Shown one piece after another: positions 50,006 through 61,924 of a DNA stretch of 64,000 nt. The notes beneath the pieces are model-generated. The model saw nothing but the letters and a program-made list of their open reading frames with translations, had not been told where the DNA came from and searched no databases. A program made the position numbers and the translations under genes. Origin of the DNA: Oopsacas minuta (taxonomy: Eukaryota; Animalia; Porifera); contig JAKMXF010000311.1 of the NCBI GenBank assembly GCA_024704765.1, forward strand, positions 248,001-312,000. Reading direction: 5' to 3'. The stretch's first letter is position 1, and each line of letters starts with the position of its first letter.

Positions 50006-53000
50006 TTATACCTGAGCTTTTTGTAAATTTGGCGCCAGACATATTGCCTCTAACTTAAATTCCTTCGATACACAATAAACTCTAACTCGAACTGGTGAAA
50101 ACATTTTCAAATCTTCATCGAATGTTTTACCTTCCCCAATTTTCCATGTCATTGTCAAAGAATGCGGAAATGCGGATTTATTAAACACAAAATTCTCTGC
50201 CATACCCTCTTGTATGAGTTTCTCACAATAAACTCGTACTTCAATACCAATACGAGTCAACATGACGTCAAAGGAACAATCTAGAACCTTCATAATACGA
50301 CCATCTTCCTCAATAGGACCTGTATTGAATAAGAAATATGCAAAGAATAATTGATTACACTGTAAGCTTGCCTTCTTCGCATTAGCTTTAGATTCGTTAC
50401 ATTCCTCTGTGACAATATCGTAGTCAGGTTCCGCAATAGTCAGAGCAGGGCCTTGACCAATAGCAGCTGCCAATTGTCTATGAACCATTAGATCAGGGTA
50501 TCTCCGTATAGGAGAAGTAAAATGGGTATATAAATGGAAATTGAGTGCATAATGAAGAGAATTTACTCCTTCCTTAAGTCTAAAATATTTCGCTAAATTC
50601 ATCGGGATTGAGCAAAGATTTGAAAGTATACAAATCTCATCTGCATCATGATTTTCTTGGAAAGCATGTAGAGTTCTCATTATACCCCCAGCACTTGAAA
50701 TATCAATATTAATACCATGATTAGCACACACTTTTTGTAATTTATTTTCTAACTGGTGTTGATAGGGTGAGGGGTGTAGACGTAGGATAGCGTGTTCTGG
50801 GAAATGTTCTGCTAGCTTTTGAGCTACTAGCTTATTTGCTAGTAACATGAATTCTTCTATTAGGAAGTGACTCGCATGTCTAGTGTAAGGTCCGTAACCT
50901 AGAAGAAGAAGTGACAGTGTGTATAACGGCCATCCAGATCTGGTCAAATTGACCGTCATAGTTGACACTGTATAAATTATGAACTATAGAATATAATTGG
51001 TACTAAGGAACTCACCAATAGGATGTCCAGTTACAGGATCAATGGAGAAAGACAAAATAATTTTCTGTAGAATTAATGAACCGTCCTTAATCCTCAGTTC
51101 ACGTAATTTACGAGCTAAATAATTCAGATTCTGAACAGATTCAATCACATCTTTCACTGTTTGACCTTCAACTTTCTTTTCCAATTCCTCCTCTAATTGT
51201 TTCGTGGGTTTTTCTAATATTTCAGCAGCCAGTTCGTAATGCATTTTGATGCAAGAACGTATTATAGATCTGCCATACCATATGTCAAATGGTTGACAAG
51301 ATTCGTTCATTTTAAACACGACAGAAAAAGCTAGACGCTCTACTTTAGGATTAAGACTGCAGAGTTTGTCTGCTAGAACTTCAGGTAACATTCGTATTAC
51401 TTTGTGAGTTAAGTAAACACTTGTACCGCGTTTCTTCGACTCTAAATCTAAGAAAATATATTATAGTATAGTCTCGTTATAACAAAGGTCCCTAGTCCCA
51501 GTTTATGGAGGTAAGGAAATTTTCCCTCTCTTACTTACCTAGAGGAGAATTCTCCTTAACAAAATAGCTAACATCAGCAATATGCACACCAACTTCATAA
51601 GTATTATCATCAATCTTTCTACAGTGTAGAGCATCATCCATATCTCTAGCTGTAGCCGGATCAATTGTATAAATACACTCTTTTGTGTAATCTCTACGGG
51701 ATTTGTATTCATCAGCTGGTATGCTCCAATCTTGCAAAGGTAGACAATCGATTGATTCTTTTGGGAATGTATTGTCTTGTGTAATATCGTTTTCTATGAG
51801 CAGAGCTTCTATTTGTATTTCAAGCTTGCTTGCATCTCCTAAACAGTCTATGAGTTTGCCATTAGCATAAGGAGAATCAACCTAATGGAGAACATAGGAT
51901 AGTAAACTCCTGTTATACCGTTATATCTAACACAAACCTTCCATTCATTCATCTCTGCAGCAAATATAGAAGTATCATATTTGCGTTTATCATCAACATA
52001 ATCTTTAGGACATTGCTGTAATGGTATTATCAACCTAGGTATACGAGAATCTCTGGGAGAGAATAATACTACTTCATTCGGTGTGTCATATGCCTTTAAG
52101 AACCCTACTGTCTTTCTTGAATGTTTATATTCACTTATGAATACTACTTTACCAAATTTTGAATGTTCTAGGTCTTGAAATGATGGTGGTGTATTGGAAT
52201 CTGTGTTTGACGAAGCTACAATCTCAATAAAATAATAATTCTTACAGTAAAACTTCCATAAACGGGGAACTTCTGGAAACTGATTGAAAATAAACAGAGC
52301 GAATTCCTAGTCCATACAAATGAACCTCCACAAATGGGGAATTTGCAGAAACGTGGAAACGGGGGTAGCATTTTTCGGCGTCCCTGATACCCCGTTTGTA
52401 GAGAGGTTATACACCTTATCTTAAAATAACACAGTATAACTTACTATATGCTTCATCAACAATTTTCACTACCACAATATCCATCGGCATAGCTCTATTC
52501 CTATTCACTACACCCAGTACAAGAACATCTCTATCATCCATTGGATTGTACACATATCCTTGCTCGTAGTTCTTCTGGTTAATACGGAATGGACCTTTTA
52601 TAAATAATCCTGTGTTTAAACCTTCTTGTACAGCTGATTCGGGGATGTATTGGGGCATAGGAGGGTCTAGTTTCTTGTTCATGAATGATATGTTCTCCTT
52701 TTGGGCTGGTTTAGATGGTAGAGGAGGATTGTCATGTTGTCTTATTGCTTCTTCAGGTTTTGATGCTATTTCTCCTATGATAATATTCGAGTAATAATGC
52801 AATGGACTTTGTTTGTACAGCGGAGTTCGACTACGGAGACGTGTTTGTAGTACTATATGTTCATTTGTTTATTGATAAATGTGAATAGAGAAAGATATAC
52901 AAATTGTATTTACCTTGGTTTGATTGTGTATATACAACAGGTGTTGTTTTAGATGTAGTAGTAGCATTTTGATCTGATATAATATTATTGTTAAGAGGGT

Positions 53001-54049
53001 TGATTGAAAGCTCTAATGGTGCTGATACTAGCTCTGAATAATCACAAATATGAATAAGTATAATCATATATATTTTAGAGTGTAATCTCCACAAACGGGG
53101 TAGCATTTACCGGCGTTGTGGCTCCCCGTCTATGGAGGTCACACTTGTCCTGTTTGTGACAATTGCTCAATTTCAACACAGCTGTATATTTCAATAAATA
53201 GAAATTCAATTTACCTTCATTCGATGCTACTTTGACTGGTTTGGGTCTACTCTCATTCTGATTAACAGTAATATGACTAGATGCCTGTATGGGAGGAATA
53301 TCCAACTCATCTAGTAACTGTTCCTTAGGTTTTTCTGTATCACTACTCGCTTCTATTTGTCTGGATCTATTATGATGATGTCTACTGCCTCTTCTTCTCG
53401 AATCTTTATGCCTATGTTTAGAATTGTATGATGGATCGGGTTTCTCATTGGGAGCAAAAATACTTTTCTTAATTGGAAATCTATTCAAAGCTTGGTGGAC
53501 GTGAGGTGCAATTCCGTTAGAAATATTCGGGCCAATTGGGTACCCAGGTTGAGGATACTGGTTGTGAAATGGAGCAGGAGATTGTTGCTGGGTCATTTGA
53601 TACAGCCATGCAATACTCGTGTGAGCTAGAACCTTATTAACCGCGAGTAATAACTCAGTAAGAGATGATTCTGAATTCCAATCATAGAATATTGAGTATT
53701 CAACTTTACCCGTATCAGGGTTATAGAAAGGTTGTAAGTATTCGACTGGTATCGCAAAATCGGTTAGAGTTACTTCCGGTGTTGGCAATGGATAACCTCT
53801 ATCCAACCATAAATGTATTAAATAGGATATTCCACCAGTTTGCAATGGAGTAAATCCAGGCCCTGACACCTGAGCAATTTGGTATTCAATAGAATTTTTC
53901 TCTATAGTAGATAGATGCAATTTAAAGTCATTGAAGTCTTGCAATAGTGAAACAGCGTGTTGAATTACTGTATCAGGGTGAGTGTAGTTTAATTTGGCTA
54001 GATGCTTTTTAGCATTGTCCAAATCTTTTCCAGTGCCAGGAGCATCCAT
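50006..54049 (-). CDS. DIS3L2: DIS3-like exonuclease 2 (RNase II/R family: CSD1-CSD2-RNB-S1) with a predicted N-terminal TSG101-like UEV domain
   Basis: CSD1 (GPFRINQKNYEQGY...NRNRAMPMDIVVVKI), catalytic TIDPATARDMDDAL, EVGVHIADVS, SHFLIEEFMLLAN and HYALNFHLYTHFTSPIRRYPDLMVHR. Predicted exons 54049-53215, 53033-52914, 52774-52445, about 52201-51940, about 51885-51539, about 51449-51015 and about 50900-50006. The DIS3L2 identity is strong; the UEV fusion is predicted from splice phase. Confidence 0.9.
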
Positions 54050-54446
54050 ATTTATCGCTAGTTATACTTTACCTATTTTTATAGGCTGTAGTAGGTAGTG
54101 ATAGTGTATAGTGTTAGTAAGTAGTGATAGTGTATAGATTACTGCAAGTACATGTAGTGATTTAAATTGTTACTGTAGTAAATTAGAATTGAAGTATAGA
54201 ATGCGAATTTAACTGCTATTGATTATGTATCATTTCTATAGAAATACTTCTTGAAAAGCTACATAAGTTTCTAACGGTGTATAGCAAGTATAAATGGGAG
54301 AATATAATAACAAAATAATAATAGAAGTTACAAAATACTAGTAAAATAATCATTGTATGTAAGCATGCAAAATGATACAACTCAAAGCTACTATTGCACA
54401 TAAAAGTTTCATGTCTAAATATAAACTACTAATTGAGGGTGAAACA

Positions 54447-57400
54447 CTAGAATTTGAAGGTTAAGAGATAGCGGATTCTATTCTGACTCTCTTTGTAGAT
54501 CAGATATTCGCTTTGATAGAAATTAGATCCTGAATATTTTCCCTGATTTATTGCCTTTCCTTGAGGCACGGTTACTTCATGACCATCGAGCGTAATATTA
54601 GTATCATGCTTGCCATCTAACAAATGAATATTAGAATATAAATATGGAAATAGATCAAAGCTGTAAGGTGTAACCTCTACAAACGGGTTGTCAGGGGTAG
54701 CTAAAAATTGTTTCTGTATGGGACTTGGAGATCGCTCAATATATTTTTTACTTCATTTCAAGAAGTTCCCCGTTACCACAGACTCCATTTGGAGATTACA
54801 CTGTATTTTTCTTCAGGACAAACTTACCAGGTTCAGTTCTACCTCTAGCAACAACACTATCGTATCCACTGGGTGCTTTCACTAGACTACTGTTATCTAT
54901 TGTTATAGTGTTTTCATTTCCTAGAGCTACTTCATTCAAGAACATTATGCCAATTCCATCGCTTGAAGGGCGAACTATACAATGACAAAGGGATGAATCA
55001 TAGAAATAGCTAGCAGGATAAATTGGTAATACATATTCAAATGATAATTAAGGGGCTAAAGGAAGTCTGTGAAGATTCAATCACTACTATTCACCCGTTA
55101 GTTAGTAAATATATTGTGTAGTTGAATTTCACTGATAAATTAATGACAAGATTCATGCAGTAGGTAAACTTGATGTGGGCAATAGAGCTGAACAAGTAAT
55201 TATAGTTTAGGTATTATTCAACTTATAAATGATAGAACTTACCATATCCAGCAGATTTTAACTGTTCAGAAGCAAAATAAATTCCTTTCCCTACTCTCCC
55301 ACCAGAATGCGGCATAATCCTAAGACCACCTTGAAGTATAGCCGCTACCACAGCTACATTAGTGCCATGCCATAGGAGCTTTCTGTTGGCTAGCTTGTCA
55401 TGTTGTTTGTAGCGATCTGAAGCTGAGTGTCTGTTTACACTCCAAATATTCTTTATAACAGGACCGCGACCACTACCCCAAAATCCAGCGCTAGTACTCT
55501 TCGTATTATTAGTATAAGTTTCTAAGATCTAAAGCAAAAATACAATTTAATATACTTACAAACCCATTTTGCAATTTGCCCTCCTGGATTTTCAATATTT
55601 CCCGAGATTTCACGCCATTCCCCATATTCCAGTGTTTTCAACTTTTGCACACGATTCCTTGATAAAACATGAAATACAGGTTGAATAACTGACCTTATAA
55701 AGAGGTGTAGCAGGATCTATCAACTCTAGATCAGTATTCAATAGCTTGTAGTTAACGTCATATGGATGTGGAACCTCTTCTAGCTTTTCATTACCCTTAT
55801 CCTTGTCTTTCTGCATTGATAGAGCTAATTCAATGTCTCCAAGAACCTATAATAGGGATATAGTGTAGAACTGATATAAATCTTTTACATTTCATAGTTC
55901 CCCTATAAGAGTACTAGTTATTGAACCATGGATGTCGTATTTAGTTTATCTGCTTCGATGTTGTCAGGTAATCTCCCATATTTCATAATTATAACATTTA
56001 ATGTACCATTAACATATCTTTCTTCTTCTGTAGAGCTTCTGCATTATTTATTGTAGGAGGACGTTGGCGGCCAAAATCATGAGGAATAACTGTGTAGAAA
56101 TCAGAAGTTAAGTCTGCTAACTTAGATGATCTTTTCGCATTTAGTTCTTTCTCAATTTCCTCTAAAGCTTCGAAGCCTTTCGCAATTTGACCTTTGCTAA
56201 TCTTTCCTAACGGCATCTTCTTAACATCTATAAGATTGTAATTGTTAAGTAGTTGATATGTGAATTTTCGCATTATCAAAATGTGTATATATATAGTGTT
56301 TTGTAAACAAATAATAGAAATCTTGAGATAATCATAGAGACTTGCTCTCAACAGCTACACAAGGGTAACACAATAAAATGAATCCGAATTTCGTACTTCA
56401 AGTGTATCATATATAAATTCGTCATATTACAACCTATTGGTGTATGAAGCGAGGCAACTAACCGATATCAAAGCTCTTCATAGCATTATTAAACATATCA
56501 TTATCGAATATTAGCTTAATCAGTTCTTGTGTAGTCTTGTCCAAAGTACAGCTTTTGATTTTCTTAGGTTTGCTATCTGGCTTAGCATCTATTTCCATAG
56601 CTATCTAGAGGAGGGAATTACATATAATGTGTGACCAAACAAACGGGGTGCTAGGGACGCTAACAAGTGCTACCCTGTCCCCGTCTGTGGAGGTTCATTT
56701 CGTAATGGACAAGGAATGCCATTACGAAATGAATCTCCACAAACAACTCCTGTTTTATCGAAGCTCAAGGGACCGTGATAATTACTTCGATATAAACGAT
56801 GAAATTTATGATACTTTGACGGTTTGGGTGGATAATTGTAAAATTTTCAGACTTCGAAATATCCGGTATTCTGAAGTAACGGGAGTTGACTGTGCATATT
56901 TATAAATATCAGCTGATATGAAATACTACATACTTCATCATCTTCAGAATCTGCCATCTCCAATAGCGTATACTTTCCAGCTGCGGGTACAAAATCATTT
57001 CTATGATCCCAATCATTCTTGGTCTTATCCTTAAACTTCTTTGCGAATTCCTTCTCTGCAGCATCTTGTAGCGGAAATGGTCCTTTCATTGCAGATTGTC
57101 CATCTTCTCCCTTATGAATATTGAATAAGTATAACATAATTATAAAATCCCATGATTTCAACACGAAAATATCCAGAAATATAGTAATGAATGGAAAATT
57201 CCCCCTAAATAAGACGTGAATCTCTGGAGGGTTGCTAAGTATTGTATAACAAATTTAAAAGAATATGATTCTATTTATAGAATTCAACAACTCACAACAC
57301 GGCCCCATCTGTTCCACACATGATAATCCAATCCAGCCTGTAACAATTGTATGACGTAAAATTTATTGTTGTTATGTCCTACATTTGTCTGATTCAGCAT

Positions 57401-58007
57401 ACAATCAAAATCTTCTACAACTTGATAGTTGCTTGAGAAAGGAACTTTTTTGTCTACTTTTCTTTTTGATGAAGATGATTTTTTGATTTTCTTAGCTAAA
57501 ATTTGAAGATAATGAGAAACTTGTTTCAGTTCCATATGATGTATGCTTTGGGGAGGTATTTCATTATTTTATGACATTATAATACGAAATAATGACAATC
57601 TTACTATTATCTTGTTCTTGTAACAATTCTTTAGCTTTCTGGAATTCTGACTGTTCAGGTTCTTTCTTAGCTTTCTTTGATTTAGGAGCTGTAGGTTCAT
57701 TATCATCTAAATCTAGTGCTTCTGCGAGACGTGCTACTAACTCAGCTTTCTTGCCAGCTGTATCCAAACCTATAGAATATTTGATATATATTAAACTCCC
57801 CTGTTATATCGAACAAGGATATATCGAAAATAGTGACGGGAGTTGAGAGTATATTCAAGAATATCTACCTTTCTCTTCTAGAGCTTCTCGTAGCTTTGCG
57901 ACTGTAAGCTGAGAAGGTTTTATCTGCTCAACTTCTTTTGCAGCAGTTGTACCCTTTACGGATTTAGTAGCAGAACTAGTTTTAGCTGTCTTTCTTGTTG
58001 CTCTCAT
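54447..58007 (-). CDS. PARP3: Poly(ADP-ribose) polymerase 3-like: SAP-WGR-regulatory-catalytic
   Basis: WGR (LNQTNVGHNNNKFYVIQLL...NRWGRV), regulatory domain (KMPLGKISKGQI...FYTVIPHDFG), and catalytic HGTNVAVVAAILQGGLRIMPHSGGRVGKGIYFASE and QSEYLIYKESQ, with the H-Y-E triad. N-terminal LTVAKLREALEEKGLDTAGKKAELVARL is a SAP motif. Confidence 0.92.
54666..54803. mobile_element. Family C MITE in the last PARP3 intron
   Basis: aggtgtaacctctacaaacggg...tttggagattacactg|ta. Confidence 0.75.
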
Positions 58008-58256
58008 TACAATTTCAATTTTTTCTATTAATCTGCTAATAGTCTATACGTAGTTATATATTTTATTGAGTATATGCTGATAGTAGCAATGGATTCAGGC
58101 CTTTGGAATGTGTATGTAATTAATACAAAAATGACAGAATTTGTTGGTAATTTTTGTGGTCAATTAGTAATTACAAATTCCAGAGCTATCATATTGTTGC
58201 TAAGGAATACCAGTGTAACAACACATGCAAATTAAAATCATATTCAAATCAGATTA

Positions 58257-58412
58257 CAGCCAACTCCCATTATATCAAACCCGGATATAGCGAAGTCTGA
58301 AATTATACAAATATGGTCTCAAACGGTCAAAGTCTCAGTATTTAAATCAGTTATATCGAAGTAATTATCACGGTCCCTTGAGCTTGTAATATAACGGAAC
58401 GAGAGCTGACTG
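58257..58412. mobile_element. Family A MITE
   Basis: ta|cagccaactcccattatatc...ataacgg...gagagctgactg. Confidence 0.75.
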
Positions 58413-58585
58413 CACGTGAAAATCCTTCCCAAATATTCAAATTTGATTCTACCACAAATATAGGATGAGATATGTTGATGAAATACCAAATATAAGGAAA
58501 TACAAACAATTATCTAATCAGATGATATAGTTAAAATCAGAATATATGAACTTTTAATCAAGCTATGGACTCTTGCATGCATAAA

Positions 58586-60772
58586 TTATTTCTCAATACC
58601 GTAAAACTCATAAACTTTAGTAACATATTCTATTGGGAAGCGACATTTAAAGTCAAATTCGCCTTCATGAATATTTTTCAACTGTAGATCCATGTATACG
58701 GATAGCATTTCTAAGTTTAAATCTTTGCTTAGAGTATCGCGATTATTTTCATTATCAAAAGTCGCAGCAATTAAAGTTGGGAAAAGTATATTCTTCAATT
58801 CGGGTGATGAAAAATATTTGAAAGGCAAATCGACGAGATGTTGCAAGATGGTGGGTAGCCGTCCGGACTGTATCGCGTCTTGGTTTTGAGTGGAAAACAG
58901 CACGAAATATCCAACTGAAATAATAAGTTGATCTAATAGCTCGTTATTACCGTGAAACTTTGAATAACCTATAAGATAACTGACTAGTAACTTAAATTCA
59001 TTCACACGAGTTTCATCCGAGCCAACACCAGCCTGCATAGCCGTGTGATTAATCAGAAAAGCATTGTTTATGAAACCAAATGCGATTGTTGTAATCGCGA
59101 TTGTACGCGGGGATAATTTAGGGGGCGATGCATTCTGCGGTTTCGGGGGTCCTGAGTGTAATATTATACTGTAGAGAAGCGAGGTCACGTTCATACTAGG
59201 AAATTGATTAAGCTTTGTGGAGAAGGTATGTGTATGTGTATTTTCAATGTACTTTTGTTTCGTGTTAGAGACGATGTAACAATCTTTTTTCAGGTGACAA
59301 GTAATTATTTCTAAAATTTCCATAGATTTCAGTACTATGCTCTCCGTATCTGTGTTTTCCATAGGACCGCAAACTACATTGAAAATTACGAATATTTGAT
59401 CCATTAATCCAATAGAGAGTGCGTAGTTAATCAAATCAAGGCATACTTCTTGTAAGATTGGCTTATTAACATGTTTGATTTCTGAGAGGCCTTTTAACGA
59501 AACCAGGATAAAGTTGAAGAGGGAAAGTATTGTATCTGTAGCTCCGACATACTCAAAATCCTCCTTCATTCGATTATGAGATGGTGATTGCATTTGGTAA
59601 TAGTACAGCATGTAGGAGCCCCAACGAGCGACCCATAGTCTTACTAACTGTAAGAATATATCCAAGCATGTTATATAGCTCACACTAGCGACTATATAAA
59701 TACAAGTACGCTCATTTATACCGGATATTGTCATGAGACAGCTTGCTGTTGTTTGGAGAATTTTCCAGAAAGTTGGTGTTATCCTTTCGTAGAAATTGTC
59801 AATGTAATTACTGATGAAAATGAAAAGTTCACCAAAAATATTTAAACCATCGTTCTGTATGAATAATAGCGGAGCAGTATTTGCAGTTGCACTCTGTAGT
59901 AATGCGTTTTTTACTTCTGTTAACTGATGGGAGTTTTCCTCGATTAATCTCATCTTTTCCACTGGATTTATTTGCAAGATTAGAATTCTACTTAGACAGG
60001 TGAATGTCTTTGAGAACTGTAGCTTAATCGCACTATTACTACGCACTGTACGGAAATCGAATGTAGGTATTATTTTCGGGAAATTCGCTTCAAGTTTTAA
60101 TTTCAACTTTCTGGCCTTTTTTTTATCAGCTTTCTGTATGCCCTGTAGTTCTGTGGGTAGAGATTTGATCTCTCCGGTGTCAGTCACATCTTCGATAAAC
60201 CAACGGTCACCCAATTTAAAATTCTTCTCCTCACAATTTTCTATGTTATCTAACGCCTCGTGATGCCTGCTGGATCTGAAATGAGCTAGCAAGTACAATT
60301 CTGAATGGAGTTTTGTGTTGCAAATTTTGCATATTTTTGATGGTTTATACGGGAAGAATGGGAGTATTGCTTCAGGGAAATTATTGCATGAAGTTACTTG
60401 AGATTCATTTGATTTTTCTGTATCGTTTTCTGTTTTTGATGGCTTTTTCTTACTTTTTACTGGCAATTTTGGGAAGTTTACACTCTAAAAAGAGATAAAT
60501 ATATATAACATGTACTCTAGGTATTCCCTTGATAGCTAGCATAATTAACCAAAAATAAGTTTCCCACTAATATTCCAGATTACTACCTCTTGTAGAATAT
60601 ACTTTTTGACCGCTTTCTTCCTCTCTAATGTTAAATCTTTAGAGAGAGCTTCTTCCAATCTAGTCTTCTCTTTCAATTCTCTCTTTTGCTGCTGTCTTAT
60701 TTCTCGTTGTTTTCTCTCCTCTGCTAGCTGAGCTAATCGAGCTTCTTGCTCTGCTTTTAGTTGTTCTTTCCT
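58586..60772 (-). CDS. SCAPER: S-phase cyclin A-associated ER protein, 3' part (exons 60772-60587 and 60484-58586); 5' exons not found in the window
   Basis: E/K/R coiled-coil exon, U1-type zinc finger CKICNTKLHSELYLLAHFRSSRH, and C-terminal GYFVLFSTQNQDAIQSGRLPTILQHLVDLPFKYFSSPELKNILFPTLIAATFDN. In-frame GT-AG junction QE|SVNFPKLP. Confidence 0.85.
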
Positions 60773-60804
60773 CTGAAACACGAAAGATATAATATTTACT
60801 TTAA

Positions 60805-60960
60805 TAGCGGTTCCCAACCTTTTTCACCTGTCAACCCCCAATACTAATTTCAACACATTATGTAGACTCCTCCCATAGACTGCAATACAAATCTTGAGAT
60901 CCTGTTGCTCTCGTCCGTGGACTACCAAGGGAGCTATGGGTCTCTGATTGTGGACCGCTG
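60805..60960. mobile_element. Family D hAT-like MITE in a SCAPER intron
   Basis: tagcggttcccaacc...ttgtggaccgctg. Confidence 0.75.
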
Positions 60961-61669
60961 AATTATAACCTATCAAAAAATCGAAACAATTTCTCTTTTG
61001 GACACGGTATTCCCAAGCATAATACTCAACATAACTACATAAGTGCGAAATTTCGCGATATCCCGGAAAAAATGTGACAGTTGGCAAGTCTGCCATATTC
61101 GAGTAGTCACACGACTCCACTCTAGTTCGGATTATTACTAACTATTACTCTTTATCATCACAAAAAACAAATAATTCGATTACTAATATATAACATATAC
61201 AAAAATAGAATACTTCCTTATTGTGTCATAATATTTTAGGAATAATTAATAAACTAATCATTTGAGCAATATTTGTAAGGAATTAAATTCTTAGAATAAA
61301 AATGATAATTTGATATTAAGCAAAATTTGTAATATATGATTAGGTCAGTGATTATTATGCGTTTAGTAACTACTCGTATATAGCGAATCATGCAAAATAT
61401 ATAGAGTTTGTGTAATTGATTTAGGTGAAATGAAATAGTATACCACACGACAAGTTATAGTTGAGGTTGATTGGTCAGGAACAAATTCTTGTAGTCATAA
61501 AGATAAATTACTAAATGCAATCAAACCTATGATATATCAAATGCTCATATACTTATTGGAAACCTGGAATAGACATTCTCCTAATCATTTTGCCCTTTGT
61601 TGAAATGGACCACGTAAGTTGATATGACTTAAATATGTGTGAGTGAGTGACTATCAAAGAACATTTCTG

Positions 61670-61748
61670 CATAACCTCTATGACAGGACATACATAACCT
61701 CTATGACAGGACATACATAACCTCTATGACAGGACATACATAACCTCT
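61670..61748. repeat. Perfect 23-bp tandem repeat (cataacctctatgacaggacata) x3.4
   Basis: Read directly. No spacers, so not CRISPR. Confidence 0.95.
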
Positions 61749-61924
61749 TTGATATTACCAAATTTAAGCAATATTTTCTTTACACTGAAAATCTTATATA
61801 GTAAACTCAGTGATAACAAGTCAGATATAACTAAACTCTGGTTATAACAAAATGAAACTGGGGTCTCGAGTATTTTGTTATATAACAGGAGTTTACTGTA
61901 AGTATTTACATAGTCCACTTAGAA

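Noticed and set aside
57680-57700. PTAP motif in PARP3, next to a UEV-containing gene
   Set aside because: A four-residue motif in a Pro/Ala/Lys-rich linker is expected by chance, and gene adjacency does not imply interaction in eukaryotes.
58692-60498. Plus-strand ORFs antisense to SCAPER, and similar ORFs opposite VPS18, DOCK, DIS3L2 and PARP3 or derived from MITEs
   Set aside because: Shadow ORFs of real exons or transposon sequence, with no independent motifs.
61670-61748. Short direct repeats (also 13549-13604 and 1322-1375) considered as CRISPR arrays
   Set aside because: Head-to-tail units with no spacers, no cas genes, and a eukaryotic context.
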